A stretch of 64,000 nucleotides of DNA, taken from an uncultured Alphaproteobacteria bacterium (GTDB taxonomy: Bacteria; Pseudomonadota; Alphaproteobacteria; Rhizobiales; Aestuariivirgaceae). Position 1 is the stretch's first letter. Each line of letters begins with the position of its first letter. The notes under the pieces were generated by a model, which saw only the letters and a program-made list of their open reading frames with translations, ran no database searches and was not told where the DNA came from. The stretch spans positions 69,980 to 133,979 of the forward strand of contig CAVZHM010000007.1 in the NCBI GenBank assembly GCA_963775105.1, in the 5' to 3' direction. Below are positions 1 through 10,778 of this stretch, piece after piece. A program made the translations under genes and the position numbers.

Positions 1-113
1 TCTGCAATGAAGTCCCCCAAATCGATTGCCAGGGTCTTGGTACCAGCGCTGGCCACGCCGGAGGTGCAAGTGGCAACTAGTGCGGTCAGTAGGAAAAGCT
101 TGAATTTCAGCAT
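1..113 (-). CDS. Secreted hypothetical protein, 5' part (truncated by window edge); paralog of the 1841-2414 and 2425-2985 proteins
   Basis: Not in the ORF track. Manual translation from ATG at 113 gives MLKFKLFLLTALVATCTSGVASA-GTKTLAIDLGDFIA. GAGG RBS upstream. Signal peptide, then a mature N-terminus like KTKTLVID / GTKSFII of the paralogs. Confidence 0.75.
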   Translation of the reverse strand, partial: MLKFKLFLLTALVATCTSGVASAGTKTLAIDLGDFIA

Positions 114-290
114 GATATACCTCGTTTGCACAGAGCCCGCTCGGTGCCGTTTAGAGCACGTCAACGGCTTGCTCACAAGATTGGGGATCCGGGCTGACCC
201 GAATTCAACACCTTGCTAAGCTGGTGCAAGGTGCCGAGAGCCGGACGTTTGAAACCGGATTTTGCCGAAACCACCGAATAGAGAAAGATC

Positions 291-749
291 ATGACCCGCG
301 TTGCAACGTTGCTTCTTGCACTGGCATTTGCCACCCCCACCGCTTTTGCAATCGACAACGCCAAGCAACTTCTGAGCGGCGGCTTCCGGATTTCGCCAAA
401 CAGTGTACGTTACACCGCTCCCGGGTTGGGAACGGTGTTTGGCATGGACTATCCGGCCACTGGCAAAGGCATCAGCGCCGCATCAATTCCCATGCCAGCG
501 GGCGGACGCTTGAGCAGATTGCGGGTTCACATCGTCACGGAAGACGAGCCAACCAGCGGCACTATGGCCATTGAGTGTTCAAGAATGGCGCTGCCACCAA
601 CATGAAATGCACTGTCGCCGGACAAGCCGATTGCGGCAGCTCAAATACCGTTACCGCTCGCAGCGGGGGACCGGCTTGCGTTGGAAGCCAAGAACAATTT
701 CTCTGGCGCGGAATTCATCACTTTCACTTATTCCATACTGCTGGATTGA
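291..749 (+). CDS. Secreted hypothetical protein (two apparent frameshifts)
   Basis: Signal peptide MTRVATLLLALAFATPTAFA. Continues in a second frame (VFKNGAATNMKCTVAGQADC) and a third frame (DRLALEAKNNFSGAEFITFTYSILLD*, TGA 747-749). Confidence 0.65.
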
Positions 750-831
750 GCACCAGAACGGTAACTGGACTGGCAGAACCCATTTGCGTTAAGTTAAGCA
801 CTCTCGACGCCAACCAAATGGACCACCGGTC

Positions 832-1683
832 ATGTTGCTAAAGTCACTCTGTTGCGCAGGCTCATTGCTAACTGCCGTTTCAACTCCGGCTTCCGCCGAA
901 GTGCTGATCACCGATTATTTCAGCAACGGCAGTTGGTCGCTCTACGAACAGTCCGACGACGGCCTGTTCAGCCAGTGCCTCGCCAAGAAGAACACCGAGG
1001 AAAACCAGACCCGTCTTCAGCTCGGCCGCAACATCTGGGGTGACGATTTTCTGATGGTCTACGGCATCAGCAAGCTGATCGCCGCTGACCAGACCGAAGG
1101 CAAGGGCCGCCTGCTGATCGACGGCAAGGACGCCTTCGACTATTCGGGCGCGTATATTTACAACTCGGTGGCCGAGGCCGGCACCAAGTACATCACCATC
1201 TTTCTGGCCCGTGACTTAATGCCAAAACTGGCGGTGGCAAGCTCTCTCACCATTGAGTTCGCCAAGGGCAAGGTGAAGCACGGCCTCAAGGGCTCGCAGG
1301 ACATCATCGACCGGTTGAACTCGTGCATGGACTTGGCATTGAGCAAGGAGGGTGCGGCACCACCCACTCTTCCCACTGGCACCACGGTGATGGATATCGA
1401 CAACATCGCCGGCTCCTATCAGGTGCGTGGCCGCAACCCCAACGGCAAATACTACTACGGCACTGGCGACGTGATCTATCTGCCGGGACTGCTGCAAGTG
1501 AAATGGGTGTGGAACGACAAGACCGAAGCCAAGGGCACGATCACCACGACCGGCAATGTGGCGATTGCTGCCGTCGAGGGACTTGACTCCCCCGCGATCT
1601 ATACGATTGGCCGCGACGGCGTCTGGCGCGGCACCTGGAGCAACGGCCAGGGCATCGAAATCATGGTGCCGAGACGGAACTAG
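832..1683 (+). CDS. Secreted two-domain hypothetical protein
   Basis: Intact 283-aa ORF with a signal peptide, a Pro/Thr linker (AAPPTLPTGTT) and a C-terminal small beta domain (IAGSYQVRGRNPNG...WRGTW). Confidence 0.8.
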   Translation: MLLKSLCCAGSLLTAVSTPASAEVLITDYFSNGSWSLYEQSDDGLFSQCLAKKNTEENQTRLQLGRNIWGDDFLMVYGISKLIAADQTEGKGRLLIDGKDAFDYSGAYIYNSVAEAGTKYITIFLARDLMPKLAVASSLTIEFAKGKVKHGLKGSQDIIDRLNSCMDLALSKEGAAPPTLPTGTTVMDIDNIAGSYQVRGRNPNGKYYYGTGDVIYLPGLLQVKWVWNDKTEAKGTITTTGNVAIAAVEGLDSPAIYTIGRDGVWRGTWSNGQGIEIMVPRRN

Positions 1684-1714
1684 CGCCGGGCGGGGTCAAT
1701 TGGTTTCGCCATCA

Positions 1715-1738
1715 AAGGGTGAAGTTGCCTTCACCCTT
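1715..1738. terminator. Hairpin between convergent genes, possible terminator
   Basis: AAGGGTGAAG-ttgc-CTTCACCCTT perfect 10-bp stem; U-tract is weak. Confidence 0.4.
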
Positions 1739-1840
1739 GTCTTCGGGATCGACTGAACCGCGTTCGGCACATTCATCACCTCCGGACCACCGGTAGCGCC
1801 TGCAATGCCGGTGCGGGCGGCTTGCGAAGCGATTTCGCGC

Positions 1841-2414
1841 TCAAGGCGTCTTGTAGATCAGCCGCGCGCCGGTGACCGCAATATTGCTGTTGCACGTGTC
1901 GTTGGCATGATCGCCATCCCGGAGAATTTGCAGGGTGACGCTGTCTCCTGGTTTCTGGTTCTGGAGCGTGAATATCGACGGCTTGGAGATTTTGAATTCC
2001 TTCTTGAACAATTTTGCCGCAGGTGTGGGCGACAGGGTCGCGCCGCTGGTCACCGCGGCGAAACCCGCGCCGGCGCCGGATTCAAACTCCCAAAGCTGGC
2101 CGGTGCGATACCTGGTGATGTTGCCCGCCTCAAGCATGATGCCGCACGGCGGCGTGGAAAAGCTCAGTATTTGCAGGCGCAGAATTGCTGGCGTGTTCTT
2201 TTTATAATTGCCGGGCAAGACGACATTGACAATGAGCCCGCTCTCGCCCGTGCCGGGAAGCACGACGCCTAGCCCGGGCCGTGACAAATCCACCGGCTGC
2301 ACTGGCTTGCAAATTCGCCTGATCGATGACAAGCGTTTTGGTTTTCGCTTGCGCCGCCGCGCAAAGTTGCACGGCGGCAAGTCCACAGGCGAGAAGTGAA
2401 GGAACCCGTTTCAT
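1841..2414 (-). CDS. Secreted hypothetical protein (one frameshift near 2290); paralog of 2425-2985
   Basis: GAGGAG RBS and ATG at 2414 give MKRVPSLLACGLAAVQLCAAAQAKTKTLVID. This joins the 1841..2386 frame (VLPGNYKKNTP...QKPGD...DTC...RLIYKTP). Confidence 0.75.
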
Positions 2415-2424
2415 TGATTTCTCC

Positions 2425-2985
2425 TCAATCCGTGGTGTAGACGACTTTGACTGACGTGACGGTGGCGATGTCCCCGCACGTGTCTTCCGGATCTGCGCCC
2501 AGCCTGCCGAAGATCGCATGAATCTGGTCTCCGGGCCTCTGTCCGGCCACCGTGCCCACCCCGTCGGGTGACTTGTTCAGCTTGAAAGTCTTGCCCAGCA
2601 TCTTGGCGCTGCTGGTTCCCGTGACCAGAAGGTCCGGACCTGGCAAGCTCAACCCCCCGCTCTCCGACCCTCTGTCGCCGGGGCGCAAGCGGAGCACGGC
2701 CAACGCCGTGAACATGACGGCGCAATTCTCCGGCGCGAGAATGCGCGCACGCAGTTCTACCGGAGAATTCTGCTTGTAGTCCTTTGGCAGCGTCAGCACC
2801 GCAATGGCATATGTGCTCAATGCATCGGGTAAATCGATGCCAAGGCCTAGTACACCTTGGGAAGCCCCAAAATACGGCACCAGGTCTTTGCCAAGGATGA
2901 TGAAGGATTTGGTTCCAGCCTGCGCCGCAGTGGCGGCGAAGCTGGCGAAAAGCGCGGAAAGAAGCGCGGTCTTGAAGTTTCGCAT
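2425..2985 (-). CDS. Secreted hypothetical protein
   Basis: GGAG RBS, ATG 2985, MRNFKTALLSALFASFAATAAQA signal peptide; intact ORF with LPKDYKQNSP...QRPGD...DTC...KVVYTTD. Confidence 0.8.
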   Translation of the reverse strand: MRNFKTALLSALFASFAATAAQAGTKSFIILGKDLVPYFGASQGVLGLGIDLPDALSTYAIAVLTLPKDYKQNSPVELRARILAPENCAVMFTALAVLRLRPGDRGSESGGLSLPGPDLLVTGTSSAKMLGKTFKLNKSPDGVGTVAGQRPGDQIHAIFGRLGADPEDTCGDIATVTSVKVVYTTD

Positions 2986-3068
2986 GGCAGTTCTCCGTTC
3001 GAACTGCCCCCTCACCTCCGCTTAGAGCACAGCCAACGGTTGCGGGCAAGCGATCCTGCCGCTTGCGC

Positions 3069-3634
3069 CTAGACCTTCATGCCCTCGGGCCCGCGCGTAT
3101 GGCGGCAACGCCGGTGCGCGCGACTTCGACGAGGCCGAGCGGCACCATCAGCGAGATGAACTGGTCGACTTTGTCGGTCTTGCCGGTGAGCTCGAAGATG
3201 AAGCTCTCGGTGGTCGCGTCGATGACCCGGGCGCGGAAGGCTTCGGCGAGCCGCAGCGCCTCGACGCGCTTCTCGCCCTTGCCCCGCCACCTTCACCATG
3301 CGCCAGTTCGCGGGTGAGCGAATTGCCCGTGACCGTGAGATCGGCGACCGAATGCACCGGCACCATGCGCTCGAGCTGGTGCTTGATCTGCACGATGACA
3401 TCGGGCGTGCCGGTGGTCACGATGGTGATGCGCGAGACATGCGTCTCGTGCTCGGTCTCCGAGACGGTGAGCGAGTCGATGTTGTAGCCGCGGCCCGAGA
3501 ACAGGCCGATGACGCGGGCGAGGACGCCCGGCTCGTTGTCGACGATCGACGGCGAGCGTGTGGGTCTCGACGACGAGCTTGGCGGTTGTCGAGGAAATAG
3601 GCCGAGCCGGCTGGATGTGCAGATGGGCGTTCAT
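3069..3634 (-). CDS. ilvH: Acetolactate synthase small (regulatory) subunit (frameshifted in this sequence)
   Basis: Reconstructed [38 protein letters not shown]...[15 protein letters not shown]; directly follows the large subunit. Confidence 0.92.
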
Positions 3635-3645
3635 CGCGTTTCTCC

Positions 3646-5428
3646 TTACACCAGCACCTTGCCCTTGGCGTCGATGGCGCTTGCCGACCTCTTCGTCCGG
3701 CACGTCCTCGCCCAGCAGCATCTCGTTGTGCGCCTTGCCCGACGGGATCATCGGGAAGCAGTTGGCGAGGCTCGCCACGCGGCAATCGAAGATCACCGGA
3801 TGCGGCGTCACTGCGATCATCTCCTTGATCGCGTCGTCGAGCTCGCCCGGCTTCTCGCCGCGCATGCCGACGCAGCCATAGGCCTCCGCCAGCTTGACGA
3901 AATCCGGCAGCGCCTCCGAATAGCTTTCCGACAGCCGGTTGCCATGCAGCAGCTGCTGCCACTGGCGCACCATGCCCATGTACTGGTTGTTGAGGATGAA
4001 GATCTTGATCGGCAGCCGGTACTGCACCGCCGTCGACATTTCCTGCATGGTCATCTGCACCGAGGCGTCGCCGGCGATGTCGATGACCAGCGACTTCGGA
4101 TGCGCCATCTGCACGCCGACGGCCGCCGGCAGGCCATAGCCCATGGTGCCGAGGCCGCCGCGAGGTCATCCAGCGGTGCGGCTCCTCGAACTGGAAGAAC
4201 TGCGCCGCCCACATCTGGTGCTGGCCCACTTCGGTGGTGATGTAGGTGTCCTTGTCCTTGGTCAGCTGCATAGAGCCGCTCGATCGCGTATTGCGGCATG
4301 ATGACGTCGGCGTTGTTCCGGTAGCGCAGGCAATCGCGCGCCCGCCAGCCGTCGATCTGCTTCCACCAGGCCTCCAGCGCCTTCTTGTCGAGCGCGCAGC
4401 GACTTCGCCTTCCACACCGCGGATCATGTCTTCGAGCGCATGCGGCGCACATCGCCGACGACCGGAATATCGACGCGCACCGTCTTGTTGATCGACGACG
4501 GGATCGATATCGATGTGGATCTTCTTCGAGCCCGGCGAGAAGGCGTTGAGCCGGCCGGTGATGCGGTCGTCGAAGCGCGCGCCGACGTTGATCATCACGT
4601 CGCAATCATGCATCGCCATGTTGGCTTCGTAGGTGCCGTGCATGCCGAGCATGCCGAGCCAGTTCTTGCCCGCCGCCGGATAGGCGCCAAGGCCCATCAG
4701 CGTCGAGGTGATCGGGATGTTGGTCATCGCCACGAACTCGCGCAGCAGCTTCGACGCCGTGAGCGCCGGAATTGATGACGCCGCCGCCGGTATAGAGGAT
4801 CGGCCGCTTGGCCGTGGCGATCAGCTCGACCGCGCGGCTGGATCGGCTTCGGCTCGGGCTTCACCCGCGGGCGATAGGTCTTGTGCTCGATGTTCTTGGG
4901 CCCGACATATTTGCCCTTGGCGAACTGCACGTCCTTCGGGATGTCGACCACCACCGGGCCGGGCCGGCCGTGGGTCGCCACATAGAAGGCCTCGTGCAGG
5001 ATGCGCGCGAGATCGTTCACGTCCTTCACCAGGTAATTGTGCTTGGTGCAGGGCCGGGTGATGCCGACCGTGTCGCATTCCTGGAAGGCGTCGTTGCCGA
5101 TCAGATGGGTCGGCACCTGGCCGGTGAGGCAGACCATCGGGATCGAATCCATCAGCGCGTCGGTGAGGCCGGTCACCGCATTGGTGGCGCCGGGGCCGGA
5201 GGTGACCAGCACCACGCCGCATTTGCCGGTCGAGCGGGCATAGCCCTCCGCCGCATGGGTGGCGCCCTGCTCGTGGCGCACCAGGATGTGCTTCACCTTC
5301 TCCTGCTGGAAGATCTCGTCATAGATCGGCAGCACCGCGCCGCCCGGATAGCCGAACACATGCTCGACCCCCTGGTCGGCCAGCGCCTTCAGCACGATTT
5401 CGGCGCCCGTCATCTCGTTCGTGGCCAT
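3646..5428 (-). CDS. ilvI: Acetolactate synthase large subunit (multiple frameshifts)
   Basis: Motifs [63 protein letters not shown] and [12 protein letters not shown] found across several frames. Confidence 0.95.
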
Positions 5429-5484
5429 GTTCAGCCCTCTTCCTTCGTCCGTTCCGTCAATCACATCAGTTCAATTCAGGCAAT

Positions 5485-5588
5485 AAAAAAGGCCCCCGAG
5501 GGAGCCTGTTTTCCGCGCAACACCGTAACTCCTGGAGGCCTAAGCCTCCCCGGCGCTGCGCGGTGCTACTACGAGAATGCGTGTTCAT
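5485..5588 (-). promoter_or_regulatory. ilv leader-peptide transcription attenuator
   Basis: ATG at 5588. Removing one base gives MTRILVVAPRSAGEA* (stop 5540-5542) with an Ile-Leu-Val-Val control cluster. Downstream terminator AGGCTCCC-tc-GGGGGCCT followed by a T run (5485-5507). Confidence 0.8.
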
Positions 5589-5596
5589 GGGGCGGC

Positions 5597-5625
5597 TTTG
5601 TACGTGGGCGGAGGGATTTGGTCAA
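5597..5625 (-). promoter_or_regulatory. sigma70-type promoter of the ilv leader
   Basis: TTGACC-N17-TACAAA ending 8 nt before the leader ATG, implying a leaderless or near-leaderless start. Confidence 0.6.
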
Positions 5626-5703
5626 GGGGGCCTCCTATGATTGCGTGAATGAAACCGGTTACTATTGGGTTATCCTGTCAGCCTGGAAACTGGGGCCTGG
5701 CAA

Positions 5704-8398
5704 ATGGACGTGCAGTTCGGTGACTATCGGCTGAAGCGCGCCGAACGGCTGCTGCTGGGGCCGCGGGGACCGGTGGAGCTTTCGGCCGCGGTCCTTCGAC
5801 ATCCTCGCCACGCTGCTGGGCAAGCCGGAAGACGGTGGTCGGCAAGACCGAACTCTTCGACGCCGTGTGGCCCGGCCTCGTGGTCGAAGAGAACACCCTG
5901 CAGGTTCATATCTCGGCGCTGCGCAAGGCGCTTCCTGCCGGCATGATCACGACCGTCCACGGCCGGGGATACAAATATGCCGGACCCCGTCCCGCCGCTG
6001 CCTGCCACAGAAACGCCGGTGCCGCCCAAACCGTCCATCGCTGTCCTTCCCTTCGCCAATCTCAGCGGCGATGCGGCGCAGGATATTTTCTGCGAAGGAT
6101 TGGCGCTCAACATCGTCGCCAGCCTCGGGCGCTTCCACGAGTTGTTCGTCATCGACCGGTTTTCGACCCTGGCCTACCGCAACCGGCCGGTGACATCGGC
6201 CGAGGCGGCGCGTGAACTTTCGGTTCGCTACATTCTGGAGGGAAGTGTTCAGAAATCCGGCGACCGCATCCGCGTTTCGGTCCAACTCGTCGATGGCGCC
6301 GAGAACCGGCAGCTTTGGACCGAGACCTATGATCGGCAACTGACGACATCTTCGCGGTCCAGGACGAAATCACCGGGACGATCATCGGCACGCTGGCGTC
6401 CGGCTATGGCGGCAGGCTCGGCAAGGCCTGGCGCGACCGCAGCAGGTCCGCCGGGCACGAAAGTTACGTCGCATTGGACCATCTCCAACGCGCCTATGAT
6501 GCCTGCCGTTTCACCAAGGAGGGAGAGATCCTTGCCAGGGAGCATCTGACCAGGGCAATCGAATGCGATCCGGGACTTGCCAAGGCCTATAGCAAGATGG
6601 CGTCGGGTTACACGGTCGACGCCTATGGCGGCTGGGCCGACGACTATGACGTCTCGATGGAACTGGCCCGTCAATGGGCAGTGAAAGCGATTGCCTGCGA
6701 CGACGGCGATTCCTGGTCCCATTGGGCCTTCGCCAACTATCATTTGTATACATTGAATCATGGTGTGGCACTTGAAGCCTTCCAGAAGGCCCTCGACTGC
6801 AATCCCAACGACGCCGAGGTGATGACCGACTACGGGCTTTGCCTGAGCTATGCGGGCCGGGCGGAAGAGGCCATCGAATATGCGCGCAAAGCCATGCGCC
6901 TCAATCCGTATCACTATGAATGGTACACGTCTCAGCTCGGCCAGATCTATTTCGATGCCCGCCAATATGACAAGGCCATCGCCACTTTTGCCAGCCTGCG
7001 TTCGTTCGATAGCGCCCTCATGCGGGTCTATCAGGCCGCCAGCTTCGCCGCCGCCGGGAACCAGCAGCAAGCCCAGAAATCGGTGAAACGGGCGCTCGAA
7101 CTCGATCCAGGCGCCACACTGGAAAAATGGACCGACCCGAAGCTCGCGCCTTATGGCGACGCAGGTTATCTCGAACATTTCCGCCAGCATCTCCTCAAAG
7201 CGGGCCTGCCGGAGCGGGCTGCGACGCATGAAGAAAGACCGTCCATCGCCGTTCTTCCCTTCGACAACATGAGCGACGACCCGGAGCAACGGTATTTTTC
7301 CGACGGATTACCGAAGACATCATCACCGAAGTATCGCGCTTTCCGTCACTGTTCGTGGTGGCGCAGGCTTCTTCATTTGCGTTCCGCGAACATAAACTGT
7401 CAACCTCGGAGCTGGCCCGCCAATTGGGCGTTGCCTATATTCTGGAAGGCAGTGTGCGCAAGGCTGGCAACCGGGTGCGGATCACCGCCCAGCTGATCGA
7501 AGCCGTCAGCGGCAAACATATCTGGTCGGAGCGTTATGACCGAAGCCTGGATGATGTCTTCGCTGTGCAGGATGAAGTTGCCCGCGTCATCGCGTATTCA
7601 CTGACCGCGCAAGTTGAGGGCGATGTATTGCAGCGCTCTTCGCGCCAGCGTCCGGAGAATTTTGCGTCGTACGACTTCCTGCTGCGCGGCTTTCAATTGC
7701 AACAACGTAACACCCTCAAAGATGTTGCCGCCGCAATTCCACTGTTTGAACGGTCTATTGAACTCGACCCGAATTGCGGCGAAGCCCACGCCTTTCTGGG
7801 AATATGCCATCTGATCTTTCGCATCTACAATCTTGACGCAAGCGCGCTCGATCGCGCCTGGGAGCTCGCCCAGCGTGGCATTCACCTTGATGAGCGGAAC
7901 GCCCGCTGCCAGATCATTGCCGGATATTGCGCGATCTACAGAGGCCAGTTTGACGAAGCGGAATTCCACCACAAGCGCGCGGTCTTGCTCAATCCCAACG
8001 AAGCACACGTCGCTATGCACATGGGACTCTTTTTGGCCTACGCGGGCCAGCCGGACAAAAGCGGTAGCTGGTTCGAGACCGGCCAACTGCTCAACCCATT
8101 CCCACCGGTCTATTATGGGGCGTTCGAAAGAATTGTAAACTATGGGTTAGGTCTCTACGAACTTGCGGCCCGTCCGGCGCAAGGAGCCTGGGACGACATA
8201 ATTGACCAGATATACATCGCAGCAAGCCTCGGGCAGTTGGGCCGCGCCACCGAAGCCAGCGTCAATCTTGCCCGCTGCAAACAATTATCGCCAGCAGGGC
8301 TTTCGGTCCGCGCCTATGTTGACGCTGAACCCTATCGCCACCCCTCAGGCAACGCACATTTGCTCGACGGCTTGCGCAAGGCGGGTTTGACGGAGTGA
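5704..8398 (+). CDS. Winged-helix (OmpR/Trans_reg_C-like) protein with two tandem TolB-like SIAVLPF + TPR modules (frameshifted)
   Basis: N-terminal VVGKTELFDAVWPGLVVEENTLQVHISALRKAL...TVHGRGY. Module 1 runs from PSIAVLPFANLSGD through TPRs to LLKAGLPE. Module 2 runs from PSIAVLPFDNMSDDPEQ through YILEGSVRKAG to LRKAGLTE. Confidence 0.8.
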
Positions 8399-8449
8399 GT
8401 ATCGCTCGCCTTGCGCGGCGCTGAGCCAGAGAAATACTCTTTTTGAGCC

Positions 8450-9304
8450 TCAACCGCTCCACCCCTTCCCCTGCCCGCGCCACCATGTGCTTTGTCGCTT
8501 GATGTATTGCCGCGTGGCGGCCTTGGACTGGGCAATAGCTGTCTCGAGACCAATCTCACCACGCAAGTGGGCGGAGAGTTCAGGAACACCGATGGCCTTC
8601 ATCATCGGCAACAAGGGATCGAGATGCATGACGGCGCGCACCTCATCCAAAGCGCCAGCATTCATCATCGCATCGAAACGCGCTTCGGCGCGGGCATGCA
8701 ATTCGGCGCGCGGCACGTCGATGAAATGCCGCTCCACCGCCGCGCCGGCAAGCGGCGAAGCTGATTGCTTCTGCCACGCGCGCAATGGCTGGCCAGTGCC
8801 TTCTATCACTTCCAGCGCCCGGATGAGGCGCTGGCGGTCGTTGGGTTGCAACAGTGTTGCACCATCGGGATCGCGGCGGGCGAGTTCGCCATGGAGATCG
8901 CCTTCGAAGTTGCGCCAATGATTGCGCACCGCCGCAGCAATGGGCGGCACTTCGGCAAGCCCCTGCTCCAGCGCCTTGAAGAACAGACCGGTGCCGCCGG
9001 TGACGATGGGAACTTGCCCCGCAGCCCAGCAGGCCTCGATCTCCCGCGTGGCGTCCTTGAGCCAGTGGCCCACCGAGTAACTCTCTACGCCGCTCAGATG
9101 GCCATAGAGCCGGTGCGGCGCCAGGCGTTCCTCAACAAGCGTGGGTCTCGCCGTCAGGATGCGAAGCTCAGCATAAACCTGAAGGGCATCGGCATTGATG
9201 ATGACGCCGCCCCGTTCGCGCGCCAACCTGAGCGCCAAAGCGGACTTGCCGCTGGCGGTTGGGCCTGCAATAAGCACCGCACTTTTGGAGATGTGTTTCA
9301 GCAT
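8450..9304 (-). CDS. miaA: tRNA dimethylallyltransferase
   Basis: LIAGPTASGKS, INADALQVY, ILTARP, GGTGLF and TRQYIKRQSTW motifs. Confidence 0.95.
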   Translation of the reverse strand: MLKHISKSAVLIAGPTASGKSALALRLARERGGVIINADALQVYAELRILTARPTLVEERLAPHRLYGHLSGVESYSVGHWLKDATREIEACWAAGQVPIVTGGTGLFFKALEQGLAEVPPIAAAVRNHWRNFEGDLHGELARRDPDGATLLQPNDRQRLIRALEVIEGTGQPLRAWQKQSASPLAGAAVERHFIDVPRAELHARAEARFDAMMNAGALDEVRAVMHLDPLLPMMKAIGVPELSAHLRGEIGLETAIAQSKAATRQYIKRQSTWWRGQGKGWSG

Positions 9305-10173
9305 ATGGATTCCGTTGCCGTTCTCATAGCAGCCCCCGGCTCCGGCGCAATCACCGCCGAAGTGCTGGGCACCTTGCGCGAATTCGGCGCCGGCGCCCCG
9401 CACTGGCTGGCGCCGGGCGAGGCGGCGGAAGTGGCACATTTTCCGCGCCTGCCGGAGTTCATGGCGGCGATGCATGCCAACCCCATCGACGTGAACACCG
9501 TTCCTGCCACCAACCGCCGCAAGCGCCTGCTCATCGCCGACATGGATTCAACCATGATCCAACAGGAATGCATCGACGAGTTGGGCGTTGCCGCGGGCGT
9601 GGGTCAGCGCATCAAGAACATCACCATCAAGGCGATGCGCGGCGAACTGGATTTCGAGGCGCACTGCGCGAGCGTGTGTCTTTGCTAAAAGGACTCGACG
9701 CCGCAGTGATCGACAGACTTTTGGCCGAACGCATTACGCTGATGCCCGGCGGCAGGACACTGATTGCAACCATGCGCGGCCATGGCGCCTACACGGCCCT
9801 CGTCTCCGGCGGTTTCCGGCAATTCACATCGCGCGTCGGCGCCATGCTGGGCTTCAACGAAAACGCTGCCAACGATCTCATTATCCGCGATGGCAAGCTG
9901 ACCGGTGAAGTGGCAACGCCTATTCTCGGTCAGCAGGCCAAGGTCGACGCACTCCGCCGCATCGCCATGGACAAGGGCCTGACCGCGAACGACGCTATTG
10001 CCGTCGGCGATGGCGCCAATGACCTCGGCATGCTGGCAGAGGCAGGCTTCGGCGTGGCCCTGCATGCCAAGCCCCACGTCCAGGCACAGGCGAAAATCCG
10101 CATCAACCACGGCGACCTGACGGCCCTGCTCTACCTCCAGGGCTATGCCATGTCCGAATTTCTCGACCACTGA
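9305..10173 (+). CDS. serB: Phosphoserine phosphatase (frameshift near 9660)
   Basis: HAD motifs LIADMDSTMIQQECIDE, LVSGGF and AVGDGANDLGML. Confidence 0.93.
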
Positions 10174-10218
10174 ACGAGGCTCTTGACGTTCGCCCGTATC
10201 TGAGACATTTTCCCACAT

Positions 10219-10777
10219 ATGGACGACGCCACCATTAACATTCGCATCGCCACACGGTTGAAATCACTGCGCGCCGAGCGCGGCTGGTCGCTTGATGAAT
10301 TGGCACAGCGCAGTGGCGTCAGCCGCGCGACTTTGTCGCGGCTGGAGAATGCCGAGGTCAGCCCCACGGCCAGTGTGTTGGGCAAGCTCTGCGCCGCCTT
10401 CGGCCTTACCATGTCGCGGCTGATGATGCTGGTGGAGGAGGAATTCGAACCTCTGCTCCGCCGCGACGCGCAAGCCGTGTGGAAAGACGCCACCACGAAT
10501 TTCTGCCGCCGCACGGTTTCGCCCCCTGCAAAGACACTTGCCGGAGAAGTGATTGAATGCGAATTGGGCGCTGCGACGCGCATTACCTATGACAAGCCGT
10601 CACGCCTTGGCCTGGAGCATCACCTGGTGTTGCTCGAAGGCGCGCTCACCATTGCCGTCGATGGCCGCAGCCACGGCCTGAAGACCCGGCGATTGCCTGC
10701 GCTATCAACTGCATGGCGCAACCGAATTCACCACGCCAAAAACCAAAGGCGCCCGTTACCTCCTGTTCATGGTGTGA
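10219..10777 (+). CDS. XRE-family HTH + cupin transcriptional regulator
   Basis: LRAERGWSLDELAQRSGVSRATLSRLENAEVSPT, then a cupin region (EHHLVLLEG); frameshift near 10688. Confidence 0.88.
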
Positions 10778-10778
10778 G

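Noticed and set aside
3069-5428. Programmed frameshifting or pseudogenisation of ilvIH and other core genes
   Set aside because: The shifts are numerous, lack slippery-site or stimulator patterns, and also hit essential genes. This fits sequencing error.
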